A stretch of DNA of 64,000 nt from an uncultured archaeon (GTDB lineage Archaea; Thermoproteota; Nitrososphaeria; Nitrososphaerales; Gagatemarchaeaceae): NCBI GenBank assembly GCA_963817525.1, contig CAWFOU010000001.1, forward strand, positions 352,001 through 416,000, read 5' to 3'. Positions 9,294 through 19,524 of the stretch are shown here, one piece after another. The position numbers and the translations under genes are program-made. Each line of letters begins with the position of its first letter. Within the stretch, counting starts at the first letter, position 1. Below the pieces are notes generated by a model that did not search any database, was not told the DNA's origin, and was given only the letters and a program-made list of their open reading frames with translations.

Positions 9294-9755
9294 ATGGGGA
9301 GGCGAAGGACAGCGGTAAAGCACCTCGTCATGCTTGCGGGCATAGCCGTCGTTGCAATCCTCGCTGTTAGCGGCGCTTTGTACTTCTTCGCGCCAGCCCG
9401 CTCTGCAAGCAGCTCGGTGACCTGGACGACAGTGAGCCTATCGTTGGCATCTGGCCCTGATTCGGAAAATGTCTTTGATGATTTCTCGCCCCAGAACTTC
9501 ACAGTCACGGAGGGGCAGCACATCACTCTCGTATTTCGTAACACTGATGACACCCCTCACGAGTTGGCAATTCCTGCACTAAATCTGGCCACAGGGGTGG
9601 TACCGGGCGGACAGGTAGTGAGGATAGTTTTCGTCCCCGATAGGGTCGGCACCTTCGGTTTCGGTCAGCCGAGTGGAATGTGCGACTTGAACGTACCCAA
9701 AGGGACAGTCTGCACCGACTTGATGAACGGGAACGTTACGGTTTTAGCCCCTTAG
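9294..9755 (+). CDS. membrane-anchored cupredoxin-fold protein
   Basis: FSPQNFTVTEGQHITLVFRNTDDTPHEL...GTFGF...MNGNVTV. ATG 9294 inferred. Confidence 0.75.
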   Translation: MGRRRTAVKHLVMLAGIAVVAILAVSGALYFFAPARSASSSVTWTTVSLSLASGPDSENVFDDFSPQNFTVTEGQHITLVFRNTDDTPHELAIPALNLATGVVPGGQVVRIVFVPDRVGTFGFGQPSGMCDLNVPKGTVCTDLMNGNVTVLAP

Positions 9756-9884
9756 CATAAGCCGTCGCGTGAAACGCTCAGAAATCACCTCCAAACGGGA
9801 CAGAACCCCGCCGAGTACAACTGGGGCGCGGACGCCATTTTCACAAGCCTTAGAAGCGCCGAGTCGTTCTTCCACCACGGACTC

Positions 9885-10832
9885 TTGAAGCTACGAAGCA
9901 GGGGCGCCGCGGGGGCGATAGCTGTAATAGCCGCTTTTGTAGTCGGCGTACTGGCGATAACGGTCTTCCCGACTGGTCTCGGTCACAGCTCCACGACAGT
10001 CAGTACAAGTAGTACAATTGCTCCCGTCATAGAACTCGGTGGTCCATGGTTGGATGGATCGGTATCTGGACAGAATGCGTCGTGTTCCCTGGCGAGCGGC
10101 GTCTGCATCTTCACGATCGTGAACAACAGTACCACGCCATTGGACCCGGTAGGCTGCCAAATGCTGGTGGTCGTGGCCGCCAATGTGACCTCCATAACGA
10201 CCCTCACGGCCAACAGCGAATTGGCCACCACGACCATCACTTTTGCAAACGGGTCGAGGTCGACGGAGGTCTCCACGCCCACCAACTCAATCGCGGCCAA
10301 TTCCACCGTCACCGAGACCTTTACAGTAGTCAACAACATCAACGGCACGTTGAGCGGTCCTGCCACGACGAGCATCCCCGCCAGTTCTCAAGTGACAATG
10401 ACTTGCACCATCCCCCCAGCGCAACTTACACAACAGCCAACTGGCTCGCGGGCTGACGGAACCGTCTGGATGAAAACAGCCGGCAGTTCGGAGGCCACCC
10501 CTGCCGGCACCCAAATACCCGTCGGCTTCGAAGGCGTGTGGTCACTCGCTGATACCGTGCTCGCGACCGCCACTGTGACGGAGACCCTTACTACGCTGGC
10601 TTCCCAGGCTACGACGACTTACGCCATTCCAACCACCGACTGCACGTACATGCCGGTCACTACGACGGAAACCACCACGATTACAGTGGGGCCGACGCCC
10701 CCGGCCTCGACGACCACGACCACGGTGACGTCGACCTCGACGAGCTACACACAGACGGTCACCGTGACCAGTTGCACGTTCAGCGCGCTGCCGATCGTCA
10801 CTTCTACCGTCACCACCACAGAGAACCCGTAG
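9885..10832 (+). CDS. Thr-rich surface glycoprotein-like protein
   Basis: N-terminal TM, many NxS/T sequons, Thr-rich C-terminus. Confidence 0.75.
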   Translation: MKLRSRGAAGAIAVIAAFVVGVLAITVFPTGLGHSSTTVSTSSTIAPVIELGGPWLDGSVSGQNASCSLASGVCIFTIVNNSTTPLDPVGCQMLVVVAANVTSITTLTANSELATTTITFANGSRSTEVSTPTNSIAANSTVTETFTVVNNINGTLSGPATTSIPASSQVTMTCTIPPAQLTQQPTGSRADGTVWMKTAGSSEATPAGTQIPVGFEGVWSLADTVLATATVTETLTTLASQATTTYAIPTTDCTYMPVTTTETTTITVGPTPPASTTTTTVTSTSTSYTQTVTVTSCTFSALPIVTSTVTTTENP

Positions 10833-10950
10833 GCTCAGGAAGGATCTGCACCGGTCCAAACTCTTTCAGGCTGAGGGATCCGACGAATACCTCGAATGCG
10901 ACTAGCGTTCCACAGGGGTTATAGCAGTCCGACCCCTCTCCAAAAGTCGA

Positions 10951-12408
10951 ATGAAGCGCAAGGAAGGCGCGTTCTGGGTCGCGCAGGCGCTGATGGTAGT
11001 TGGCGTCCTGGCGCTGGTCTCCCTGCCCGTGCAGTCCACCATTGAAACCAGCACTCAGAGCTCAGCCATCTCCGGTCCGGGAGCAGTCGGGTTGTCGAGC
11101 CCATTCCTGGGCGCCAGCCCGATTTCCGTAATGCACACGACCTGTGGAACCGCCATCAGGGGTTTCGGAGCCGCCTGCTGGTCTTCCGACTCTAGTGCCG
11201 GGATCCCGCAGTCCTTCAACATGACCAGTGCGACCACGATCTTCTCCGATTACTTTGCCATCTCAGTGAGGCAGGGTGATTCGGTCGACTTCTCCATGAA
11301 GGCCACCAATAGCACGACCTTCCAGGGGTACTTCGACGCCGGGGCCAACGCGTCATCCGCGGCTTCATCGATGGCGAGTGGGGGACAGATGCTCTTCAAC
11401 CAGACCGGCAACTTCCAGACCTATAGCGGAAGCGCCACTGCCCCTGCGGCGGGTGCATACGCGTTCGCCTTCACCGTTCCGAGTCCAGAGTTCAACGACT
11501 CGGTGACCTTCCTCCTCATGGACTCGGCGGCATACGACACCGGCATCACGCTCAAGGTGGGCGCTCCCGAGACGCAGCAAGTCTCGATCAGCGAGAGCTT
11601 CCCCAACGGAGGCGGCGCCGGCGGGGGAGGCGGCTGGGACAAGGTGCCGATTACCGTCTACGCGCCCAAGACCACCGCGGTGAACCTCACCTCGCTCACC
11701 GTCGAACAGGGCGGCTGGCTCAAGATCCTCCCGTCCTACCTTCCCGCGGTCGGGCCACAGGGGGCGAACGCGACCCTCTACATGGTGGATGTAGGCCCGA
11801 CGACGAACCAGTTCAACAGCTCCCTCTTCATCGGCGCTTCGGGGACGGACGGGCTCACGGGCGACGCGGTCATCCCGGTCGAGGGGTCGATCGGCCCGAC
11901 CGTGATCAGCGGACCGGGACCCATCAGCCTCTCCGGCGGCGCTCTTCCATACATAGTGACCCTGATCTACGACCCCTCCAGCGTTGCCGTGTCCGCGCCT
12001 TCGCTCCGCGTCAGCATCTCCGTTGCGGGCATCCTGGAGCAGAACGGCTGCGTGGTCCCGCTTCCCAGCTGGCTCAACGTAAGCTATCCAGAGCAGCACA
12101 TAGTCTTCGGCAACGGGACCAACGCAGCCAGCACGACGACGCTCGGTCCCGGTTCCACTCTCGTCAACCCCTATGGATACGAGACCGACGACGTCACGTA
12201 CAACCCGGAGTCTTCGAACTTCAGCCTCGTCCTGCAGCCCTACAACCCGTACTACTTCGTCCTCGTCGTTGACGGGTCATCAGCTCCAAATGCCGACCAA
12301 GGTGTGTACACGGTGGTGTTCGACGAGACCGTCGGGGGGCAGCATTTCGTAAGCTACCTCACGGTCGACGCATACCCCCTTAGTCTGCCGGGAAGCCTCC
12401 CCGGGTAA
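10951..12408 (+). CDS. membrane-anchored extracellular beta-rich protein
   Basis: 485-aa ORF with GC3-rich codons and an N-terminal TM. Confidence 0.8.
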   Translation: MKRKEGAFWVAQALMVVGVLALVSLPVQSTIETSTQSSAISGPGAVGLSSPFLGASPISVMHTTCGTAIRGFGAACWSSDSSAGIPQSFNMTSATTIFSDYFAISVRQGDSVDFSMKATNSTTFQGYFDAGANASSAASSMASGGQMLFNQTGNFQTYSGSATAPAAGAYAFAFTVPSPEFNDSVTFLLMDSAAYDTGITLKVGAPETQQVSISESFPNGGGAGGGGGWDKVPITVYAPKTTAVNLTSLTVEQGGWLKILPSYLPAVGPQGANATLYMVDVGPTTNQFNSSLFIGASGTDGLTGDAVIPVEGSIGPTVISGPGPISLSGGALPYIVTLIYDPSSVAVSAPSLRVSISVAGILEQNGCVVPLPSWLNVSYPEQHIVFGNGTNAASTTTLGPGSTLVNPYGYETDDVTYNPESSNFSLVLQPYNPYYFVLVVDGSSAPNADQGVYTVVFDETVGGQHFVSYLTVDAYPLSLPGSLPG

Positions 12409-12454
12409 TACAGGTGACTCGACGCTAAATGGCGGAATCGGCTTCTTTGCGTGG

Positions 12455-12595
12455 ATGCGAATCGCGGCTATCGAGGTGGACAACTATGGCAGCTACACCT
12501 TCACCAGCTGGTCCGGCGGCGCAACAGCTAATCCCATGAGCTTCACCGCGACAAGCTCCGCCCAGACGTTCACAGCGGAATACAACCGCGGATAG
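12455..12595 (+). pseudogene. fragment resembling an InlB B-repeat-like surface module
   Basis: YGSYTFTSWSGGATANPMSFTATSSAQTFTAEYN* with no plausible N-terminus. Confidence 0.4.
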
Positions 12596-12676
12596 GGCGG
12601 AACCGGACCGCGCCAAATGATTCGAGCGGAAGCATGGCCCCCTTGCATGGCTCTCGACTGAGAGGGCCGGGAGGAG

Positions 12677-13330
12677 CTAGTTGAGACCGGGAAAGGGAAA
12701 GCAATCGGGGAGGGGCGGTTCGTCTAATTGGGTGAAGTTCCAAGTCTCTCTCGTAATGAGCCATGATGATGAAGAGTTGTTGGAGACGTGCGCGTAGAAG
12801 TCCTGAGCGATTACCGTCCCGCTCAGGTGGCCCACCACAAGGACAGATCCGTTCACGTCGCCCACAAATATGGGGCTGCTCGTGCCGCAGTATTCCCACC
12901 CCTGAAGGTCAAGCGTCGAATTGACCACGTAGACATCGCCCTTGCTGACCCCTATGGATTCATTTTCAATCGAAACGGACGCATTCTTGGACCTACTGAT
13001 AGTGCTGCCCCACAGAATTACGATGTTTCCCCCGCCGGAGTAGGTCCCTTGTACCCCGTAAGTTTGCCCATTCCCATTCCACTCCAATGTTGCGTTGCTC
13101 TCGTAATCACCTCGGATTGCGGTTGCATTGGTTCTGGCGCTCAAATGCGCCAAGTGGGCCGCATACGCGTTGGCGACCTGCACCGCATGAGCATCCGAAG
13201 TCGTCACTGTCAGGGTTACAGTCCTCGTGCTGAGGGGACCGATGTCGATGACCGACTGCAGCACCAGCAAAACGATGATCGCAAGCGCCGCGCCCACGGT
13301 GACGAGTAAGCCATCTCTGCCTCGACGCAT
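12677..13330 (-). CDS. membrane-anchored extracellular protein
   Basis: MRRGRDGLLVTVGAALAIIVLLVLQ anchor. Start 13330 or 13348. Confidence 0.7.
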   Translation of the reverse strand: MRRGRDGLLVTVGAALAIIVLLVLQSVIDIGPLSTRTVTLTVTTSDAHAVQVANAYAAHLAHLSARTNATAIRGDYESNATLEWNGNGQTYGVQGTYSGGGNIVILWGSTISRSKNASVSIENESIGVSKGDVYVVNSTLDLQGWEYCGTSSPIFVGDVNGSVLVVGHLSGTVIAQDFYAHVSNNSSSSWLITRETWNFTQLDEPPLPDCFPFPGLN

Positions 13331-13705
13331 TCCTCCTACGCTCCGCATACCGGCTCTCTTGACTCTGAAGAAGATGACTTCCCGCTTTATTGTTTCCTTT
13401 CTTGATTTGCCCGCAGAATCTAAGTCGGCCTCCGTCCAAAAGGCGGATCTGAGCAACAGCAAGCGCAGGCAACAGTCGATTCCGGCACTAAAAACGGGCA
13501 TAATCGCCCGTAAACGGGGACGGCCCTGGCCGAGCAACAGGCATCCAAGAGGACGGAGAGCCGCTTTCGGTCAGAAACCTCGACTGAGTGTATGGCTACC
13601 AATGGGCGGGCTTGGAGGCCGACTTGAGCGGACAAAGAGGAACTGAACCCACAGGGCAAGGCCGACATCCTGGTTCACCTGGCTTGCGCTCGCCGGGACC
13701 ATTTG

Positions 13706-14875
13706 TCAAGGAAGGAGAATCGTTATGCTTCTCAGCGTCAATACGTAGCCGTTCGAGTTCGCAAGGTAGATCATCTGGTTGCTAGGATCGAAGGCTACGC
13801 CCATGGGTGAGCCATTGTCGGCAAACGAGTTCAGGATGTTATCATTCGTGCCGTCGACAATGAAGAAGGAAGGCAGACCCTGTCCATTCCCGCAAGCGAC
13901 GTAGACTTCGTCGGTGGAAGAGTTCACAGCGAGCCCACGACACTCCAGAGCATACGCGCTCAATCTCGTGTTTGAGACCGAGCCGGTGGTCCCGTTGATG
14001 GAGACCAGCAGATTCTGCGACGTCGTCACGTAGATCATGTTCGTGACCTGATTGACAGCTATCGCAAATGGGAGACCTATGGGGATCGACGAAACTATCG
14101 AGTTGGTCCTGCCGTTGATGACATAAACGAAGGCAGGTGAGCAGGCGAAGTTGGTCGTGCAGACAGGCACATAGACCATGTTCGTCTTTGAATCGACGGC
14201 CACGCCCATGGCGCTGCCGTTCAGCCGGATGCTCTTGGTGAGCGAGTTGGTCGCACCATTTATCACATACAACGTGTCGGTATCTGCGCTGCTCGCGTAT
14301 ACCGTATTGGTATCTGTGTTCACAGCCAATCCATCAATATACGCTCCCAGGTTTACTCCTCCAATAACGTGGTTTGACGAGCCATTGACAGCTACTACGG
14401 ACTCGCTGCACGGTCCACATGAATCGTTATTGGCGTAGATAGTATCGGTCTCAGGGTCTACCGCTAAGTAGAGGAAGCCGCCAGGTATCGGGACGCTCGA
14501 TGTGTGGCCAGATGTCGCGTTTATCACAACCATGCCGCCAGAGGCACCACCCACATAGACTTCGTTGGTCGAAGGGTCGACCGCTATGTCCCAAGGGCTC
14601 CCGCCCACGGTCGTATTCGCCAGCGTTATCGCCGAGATACTTGGCGATTCATAGCCGCCCACCGATGTCACATTACCCGTTGCTGTACCGGTCAGGGTCA
14701 AAGTGCTGTCGGCGGTGACGGTGGTATCGAAGGTCGAGGTAATGGTCGAAATCTCCGTCACCGTCATCCTGTTCCCAAGGTACGACGAACCGAGTATTGC
14801 CGAAGCGATCACTGCTGCGGCAATGATTATGGCCGCCGAGAGCGAGGTGTAACTTCGAGATGGCTGAGCTTCCAT
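13706..14875 (-). CDS. YncE/YVTN beta-propeller repeat protein, membrane-anchored
   Basis: Repeated P..IAVD/N..TN.VYV....VING motifs. Confidence 0.85.
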   Translation of the reverse strand: MEAQPSRSYTSLSAAIIIAAAVIASAILGSSYLGNRMTVTEISTITSTFDTTVTADSTLTLTGTATGNVTSVGGYESPSISAITLANTTVGGSPWDIAVDPSTNEVYVGGASGGMVVINATSGHTSSVPIPGGFLYLAVDPETDTIYANNDSCGPCSESVVAVNGSSNHVIGGVNLGAYIDGLAVNTDTNTVYASSADTDTLYVINGATNSLTKSIRLNGSAMGVAVDSKTNMVYVPVCTTNFACSPAFVYVINGRTNSIVSSIPIGLPFAIAVNQVTNMIYVTTSQNLLVSINGTTGSVSNTRLSAYALECRGLAVNSSTDEVYVACGNGQGLPSFFIVDGTNDNILNSFADNGSPMGVAFDPSNQMIYLANSNGYVLTLRSITILLP

Positions 14876-14995
14876 TCAACCCTGCCTGTTTCAGATTTAG
14901 ATGAATAATGGGATTAATACCCTTGTCGGCCCGCTCTGAAGACCCGGTTGCGCCGCTCCGACTTTTCGCCTCCCTCCCAGGCATTCAAACAGTCC

Positions 14996-15631
14996 TCATG
15001 TCGAGGCCGGGGCAGAGGGCTGCGAGGACGTGAGGGAGAATAGCTTCCCGACTCTCGCCGCAATCGGTCCCCAGTTCATCTTGTAAGTGGCGATGCCGAG
15101 GACGACGAACGCCGCGGAGCCTGCTATCGAGAGCTCAAGGCGCGTGAGACCGAGGAAGTGGTGGGTCAGGCGTGAGATCTCGAGGAGGCCCGAGAGCTCT
15201 AGGAGGATCTCGAAGGCGCTCTTGAGGAGCTTCGCCAGGAATGTGACCCCGAGCATGGGGGCGAGCCTGCCGCGGTTAGCGCCCGCTCCGAGGTAGACGT
15301 AGTCGTCGAAGGGCAGGAAGGGCAGCAGGGCCGTGATGAACAAGCCCAGATAGAACCCGGTCTTCCCGATCCACGTCCCCAGAAGCCTGACGTTCCTGTT
15401 CTTGAGGAGGCTGCTCTTGAGCCCCACGGCCGTGAAGTAGATCACGATCTTCCCCAGGGTGGCTCCGAGCGCCGTGACGAAGACGACGAGCAGGAAGCTC
15501 TCGATGTTGACCCCAAAGGCCGAGAGCTCGGCGGTGGCCAGGAGCGTGTACGATGCGCCGAAGAACGCCGTGGCGTTGGAGACCAGCGAAAACAGGAAGA
15601 GAAGGAAGAGGCGTACCAGGACCGAGATCAA
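14996..15631 (-). CDS. DedA/VTT-like membrane protein
   Basis: Multi-TM; ALGATLGK and LLPFLPFDDYVY motifs. Confidence 0.65.
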   Translation of the reverse strand: MISVLVRLFLLFLFSLVSNATAFFGASYTLLATAELSAFGVNIESFLLVVFVTALGATLGKIVIYFTAVGLKSSLLKNRNVRLLGTWIGKTGFYLGLFITALLPFLPFDDYVYLGAGANRGRLAPMLGVTFLAKLLKSAFEILLELSGLLEISRLTHHFLGLTRLELSIAGSAAFVVLGIATYKMNWGPIAARVGKLFSLTSSQPSAPAST

Positions 15632-15760
15632 CGGAGGCTCCGTGGGCCGCCCCCTTCGGCCCTCTTATAGACGGTGCGGGCCTCCCGTCGACTGACTCCA
15701 ACAGCCTAAAATACGCTGACGGCCCCCTTCGCTTGGGAACCTTCTGCGGGGTGTGAACAT

Positions 15761-17269
15761 TTGCCATCGCACAAGCTGATAATAATCGGGATCGACGCGG
15801 CTGACCTGCAGCTCACCCAGGACTACATGGGGGAGGGGGACCTGCCCACCCTCACCTCAATCGGAGACAGAAGCTGCTTCTCACGTCTAAAGTCGGGCAT
15901 CCCCCCGCAGACCGCCCCGGCATGGACCTCGATCACGACCGGGGTGAACCCGGGCAAGCACGGCATATACTACTTCTACAACTTCTCGACCTCCCCCATC
16001 ACGATAACAAACTCCACCGACTCTTCTACCCCGAGGGTCTGGGACTACGTGCAGGCGCTGGGCGAAAAGTCGGTCGTCGTCAACCTTCCCGTCACCTATC
16101 CCGTCCGCGAGATGTCAGGGTCGATAGTCTCCGGGATACCCCCTTGGTTCGTCGACGAGAGGTCGGTCTACCCGAAGGAGCTGATGGGGAGGCTGAAGGC
16201 CATCGGCTACGAGATCGACGCGCCGATGAGTAGGGGCCTCGAAAAGCGCCCCGACGCCCTGGTCGGCCGGGCCTTGGCGACCGAGGAGAAGAGGGTGGAC
16301 CTCTTCCTCGAGCTCCTCAAGGAGGGCGAGTGGACCTTCGGCATGATCGTCCTCACCGCGCTCGACCGCGTCCAGCACAAGCTCCTGGGGAAGGGGGATA
16401 AGGAGAGGGCCGCGGTCCGGAAGGCATACGGCGGGGTCGACTCCCTCGTCGAGAAGATAATCGAAACCGTCGGGGGCGGGGTCAACTTCCTGATAGTCTC
16501 TGACCACGGCTTCAACGAGAGGCCGGTCGCCTTCTACCCCAACTCGTGGCTACACGAACAGGGTCTGCTCCTCAGGAAGTCCTCCCTAAGGTATCGCCTG
16601 ACGAGGATGGCGCACGACCTCTTCGACGGCCACCTCCTTTGGCTCCCTCAGAGCTTGACGAAGAGATACCAGGGCGCGACCACGGTCATACGCACCATAG
16701 ACGCCGTGGACCTGGAGAGGTCGCGGGCATATGTGCCAGGAACGGACGGAGTCATCGTGGTAAAGTCCAAGGAGGACGAGAAGTCGATAATATCGGGCCT
16801 CTCCGCATTGAAGGACGAGTCCGGGAAGGAGATCTGCAAGGTCTACACGAGGGACCAGGTCTACAAGGGCGACAGGCTAGACTCAGCGCCCGAACTCCTG
16901 ATCGTCCCGCGCGACGACATCAACATCAAGACCGACCCGTTCAAGAGCGGCATCCTGTCCAGGTCTGGGAACTTCCCCAAGGCCAACCACAGCTCAAACG
17001 GGATCTTCTTCGCCCTCGGCCCCGACGTGAAGAGGTCGAGGGCGTTAGACGTCTCTCTCGAGGACGTGACGCCGACCTCGCTCACGCTGATGGGAATCAG
17101 GCCCCCCGACTGGATGGACGGGCACGCCATCCAGGAGATCATGGCCTCGCCGCACCCGACGCAGAATCTCAGGGTCGCCGACGTGAAGCGCGTCGACCGC
17201 AGCTACGCCTTCTCAGAGAAAGAAGAAAAGGCAGTGATGGACAACCTGAAGCGCCTTGGCTACACGTGA
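15761..17269 (+). CDS. alkaline phosphatase superfamily (type I phosphodiesterase/nucleotide pyrophosphatase-like) protein
   Basis: IIGIDAA, PPQTAPAWTSITTGVNPGKHG, VSDHGF, C-terminal LKRLGY. Confidence 0.85.
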   Translation: MPSHKLIIIGIDAADLQLTQDYMGEGDLPTLTSIGDRSCFSRLKSGIPPQTAPAWTSITTGVNPGKHGIYYFYNFSTSPITITNSTDSSTPRVWDYVQALGEKSVVVNLPVTYPVREMSGSIVSGIPPWFVDERSVYPKELMGRLKAIGYEIDAPMSRGLEKRPDALVGRALATEEKRVDLFLELLKEGEWTFGMIVLTALDRVQHKLLGKGDKERAAVRKAYGGVDSLVEKIIETVGGGVNFLIVSDHGFNERPVAFYPNSWLHEQGLLLRKSSLRYRLTRMAHDLFDGHLLWLPQSLTKRYQGATTVIRTIDAVDLERSRAYVPGTDGVIVVKSKEDEKSIISGLSALKDESGKEICKVYTRDQVYKGDRLDSAPELLIVPRDDINIKTDPFKSGILSRSGNFPKANHSSNGIFFALGPDVKRSRALDVSLEDVTPTSLTLMGIRPPDWMDGHAIQEIMASPHPTQNLRVADVKRVDRSYAFSEKEEKAVMDNLKRLGYT

Positions 17270-18857
17270 TCCGGCGCCAGGTCAAACTGCCGAGGCAGCG
17301 CGCGCCCTAGTCCAGCCGGGGGCTCCCGCGAGCGGCGCGGGCAAGGAGGTCGCTTCAGAGAGGACGAAGCACATCGCATCGGGGATCAGGTCCCTGACCG
17401 TACAGAACATGGTCAACAGCATCCTGGGCTTCGTCTTCCTCAGCATGCTCCTCCGCCTGCTGTCGCCCTCCGACTATGGCCTCTACTCAGCGGCCCTCCT
17501 GGTGACCACCATCGGCTCTGCGGTGGCGGTCTTCGGGCTGCAGTTCGCCGCGACCAGGTTCGTCGCCTTCATGGCGCACGACGAGGGCGAGTCCAGGGTC
17601 GTCTCCAGGGCGATAGTGATCCTCTCGCTCGTCTTCACTTCTACGGCGACCGTTGTCTACGTCGTGCTCTCCCCGGCGCTCTCGATGTACTTCACCAAGA
17701 GCACAGCCGACGCGTGGGTCTTCGCCGCCTCCGGCGCCTGGCTCTTCTCTATCACGATCTCGGGGATATTCCAGGGGCTCGTCCAGGGTATGAAAAAGTA
17801 CCAGACTCTCGCGCGGATACTCGTCAGCGCGAACTTCGCCACCGTGGGCCTCACCGTGCTCGGGCTGCTAGAGTTCCACAGCGTGATCGTCCCCATCGTC
17901 GCCTGGGTCGCCTACGGCGCGGTCATAACGGTCTGGTCGCTCGCCATCACCCGCAAGCCGCTCCTCGTCGCGGCGCCTTCGGCCGCCTCTGGAATGAAAG
18001 TAGGGCAGGTTCTTAGGTACTCCATACCTCTCGGCATCGCGGGCATAGTCACGGTCGCGACCGGCGCGGCCGACCCCATCGTGGTGGGCGGGTTCATGAG
18101 CCAGTCACAGCTCGGGGCGTACTACGCCGCCATCGCGATCTCAGGCGGGCTCGGCGTCATGCTGTTCACCCCGCTGAACACCGCGTTCTTCCCCGAGACG
18201 TCGTCCTACGCCGACGACCCCAGCAAGCTCACCGCAGGCCTGAGGCTCGCCTTCCGCTACACCGCCCTCGCCCTGATCCCAGTGTCCTTCGCGCTCGTGG
18301 GCCTCTCCAAGCAGATGATCCGCCTCTTCTCGGGCGGCGTCACGAGCTATCTCGTGGCCAACCCGTCCCTGCAGATGATGTCCGCCTTCTTCCTCTTCGT
18401 CGCTATGCAGGGGATACTCACCTCGCTCCTGCTCTCGACCGGGAAGACGACCCAGGTGATGCTGATCGGGCTAGTGACCGTGGCGCTGGACCTCGTCCTC
18501 TCGCTGCTGCTGGTCCCGAGCTTCGGCCTCCTCGGGGCAGCGACGAGCAGGACGCTCGTGGACGTCGCCGGGTTCCTGATGGCCGTGTACCTCACCAGGA
18601 GCTACCTCAGGGGCATCGCTGACATCGGCTTCCAGGTGAAGCTCATCGGCTCCTCGCTCGTGATGCTCGGGGTCCTGTTCGGGATGTCCAAGTTCATCTC
18701 CAACAGGGCGGTGACGCTTCTCCCCTACAGTCTGATCGGGGTGGCGGTCCTCCTCGTCTGCGCGCGCGGCCTCCGCCTCCTCACCGAGGAAGACAAGCGC
18801 TACATAGAGCACTTCGTGCCCTCCGCAATGGGGAAGCTGGTGCGCCAGCTCCTCTAG
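17256..18857 (+). CDS. oligosaccharide flippase (Wzx/RfbX, MOP superfamily)
   Basis: 12-14 TM; RLLSPSDYGLY, LGAYYAA, LVPSFGLLGAA. Confidence 0.85.
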   Translation: MATRDPAPGQTAEAARALVQPGAPASGAGKEVASERTKHIASGIRSLTVQNMVNSILGFVFLSMLLRLLSPSDYGLYSAALLVTTIGSAVAVFGLQFAATRFVAFMAHDEGESRVVSRAIVILSLVFTSTATVVYVVLSPALSMYFTKSTADAWVFAASGAWLFSITISGIFQGLVQGMKKYQTLARILVSANFATVGLTVLGLLEFHSVIVPIVAWVAYGAVITVWSLAITRKPLLVAAPSAASGMKVGQVLRYSIPLGIAGIVTVATGAADPIVVGGFMSQSQLGAYYAAIAISGGLGVMLFTPLNTAFFPETSSYADDPSKLTAGLRLAFRYTALALIPVSFALVGLSKQMIRLFSGGVTSYLVANPSLQMMSAFFLFVAMQGILTSLLLSTGKTTQVMLIGLVTVALDLVLSLLLVPSFGLLGAATSRTLVDVAGFLMAVYLTRSYLRGIADIGFQVKLIGSSLVMLGVLFGMSKFISNRAVTLLPYSLIGVAVLLVCARGLRLLTEEDKRYIEHFVPSAMGKLVRQLL

Positions 18858-18901
18858 CGTGAGGCGCGACAGACAAACTTAAAGCGATTACGAGGCTGAA
18901 G

Positions 18902-19522
18902 TTGGCCGACTTGGCCAGAACGCAGGAATATCTCGAGGAGGTCTCCCAGATTGCGGCGAAGCTCGACCGAGGCTCGATCGACAAGGCGATAGGGGTCCTA
19001 TACGAGGGGTGGAAGAACGACAGCCAGGTCTTCGTGATAGGCAACGGGGGCTCGGCCTCCACCTCCACGCACTTCGCCTGCGACCTCAACAAGTGGGTCT
19101 CGGACGAGTCGGACAGGAAGTTCCGCGCGTTCTCGCTCGTGGACAACATCCCGCTCGTGAGCGCCCTCACCAACGACAACGGCTGGGGCGACATCTACTA
19201 CGAGCAGCTGAGGAACTTCTTCAGGAAAGGAGACGTCCTCGTCGCCATCAGCGTCCACGGGGGCTCTGGGAGCGACAAGGCCGGGCCCTGGTCCCAGAAC
19301 CTCCTGAAGGCGGTGAAGTACGCCAAGGACAACGGCGGCAAGGTCGTGGGCCTCTCGGGGTTCGACGGCGGAGTGCTCAAGACCGCCTCCGACGCGTGCA
19401 TCGTCGTCCCCGCGAACTCCACACCCCACGTCGAGGGGATGCACCTGGTCCTCACGCACCTCATGGCGGAGCAGCTCCGCGGAATGATTTCGTCCAAGGA
19501 CAAGAAGCCTTCGAGGTACTGA
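18902..19522 (+). CDS. gmhA: sedoheptulose-7-phosphate isomerase (SIS domain)
   Basis: IGNGGSASTSTHFACDL, ALTND, LSGFDGG, VEGMHL. Confidence 0.85.
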   Translation: MADLARTQEYLEEVSQIAAKLDRGSIDKAIGVLYEGWKNDSQVFVIGNGGSASTSTHFACDLNKWVSDESDRKFRAFSLVDNIPLVSALTNDNGWGDIYYEQLRNFFRKGDVLVAISVHGGSGSDKAGPWSQNLLKAVKYAKDNGGKVVGLSGFDGGVLKTASDACIVVPANSTPHVEGMHLVLTHLMAEQLRGMISSKDKKPSRY

Positions 19523-19524
19523 CC

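Noticed and set aside
9793-9807. Lone IS6-like end (reverse complement GGTTCTGTCCCGTTT)
   Set aside because: No partner repeat, TSD or transposase nearby.
10560-10830. ACC/ACG-rich low-complexity stretch
   Set aside because: Explained by a Thr-rich protein tail, not a DNA repeat element.
3201-14875. Diversity-generating retroelement or integron behind the surface island
   Set aside because: No reverse transcriptase, TR/VR pair, IntI or regular attC sites; gene orientations are mixed.
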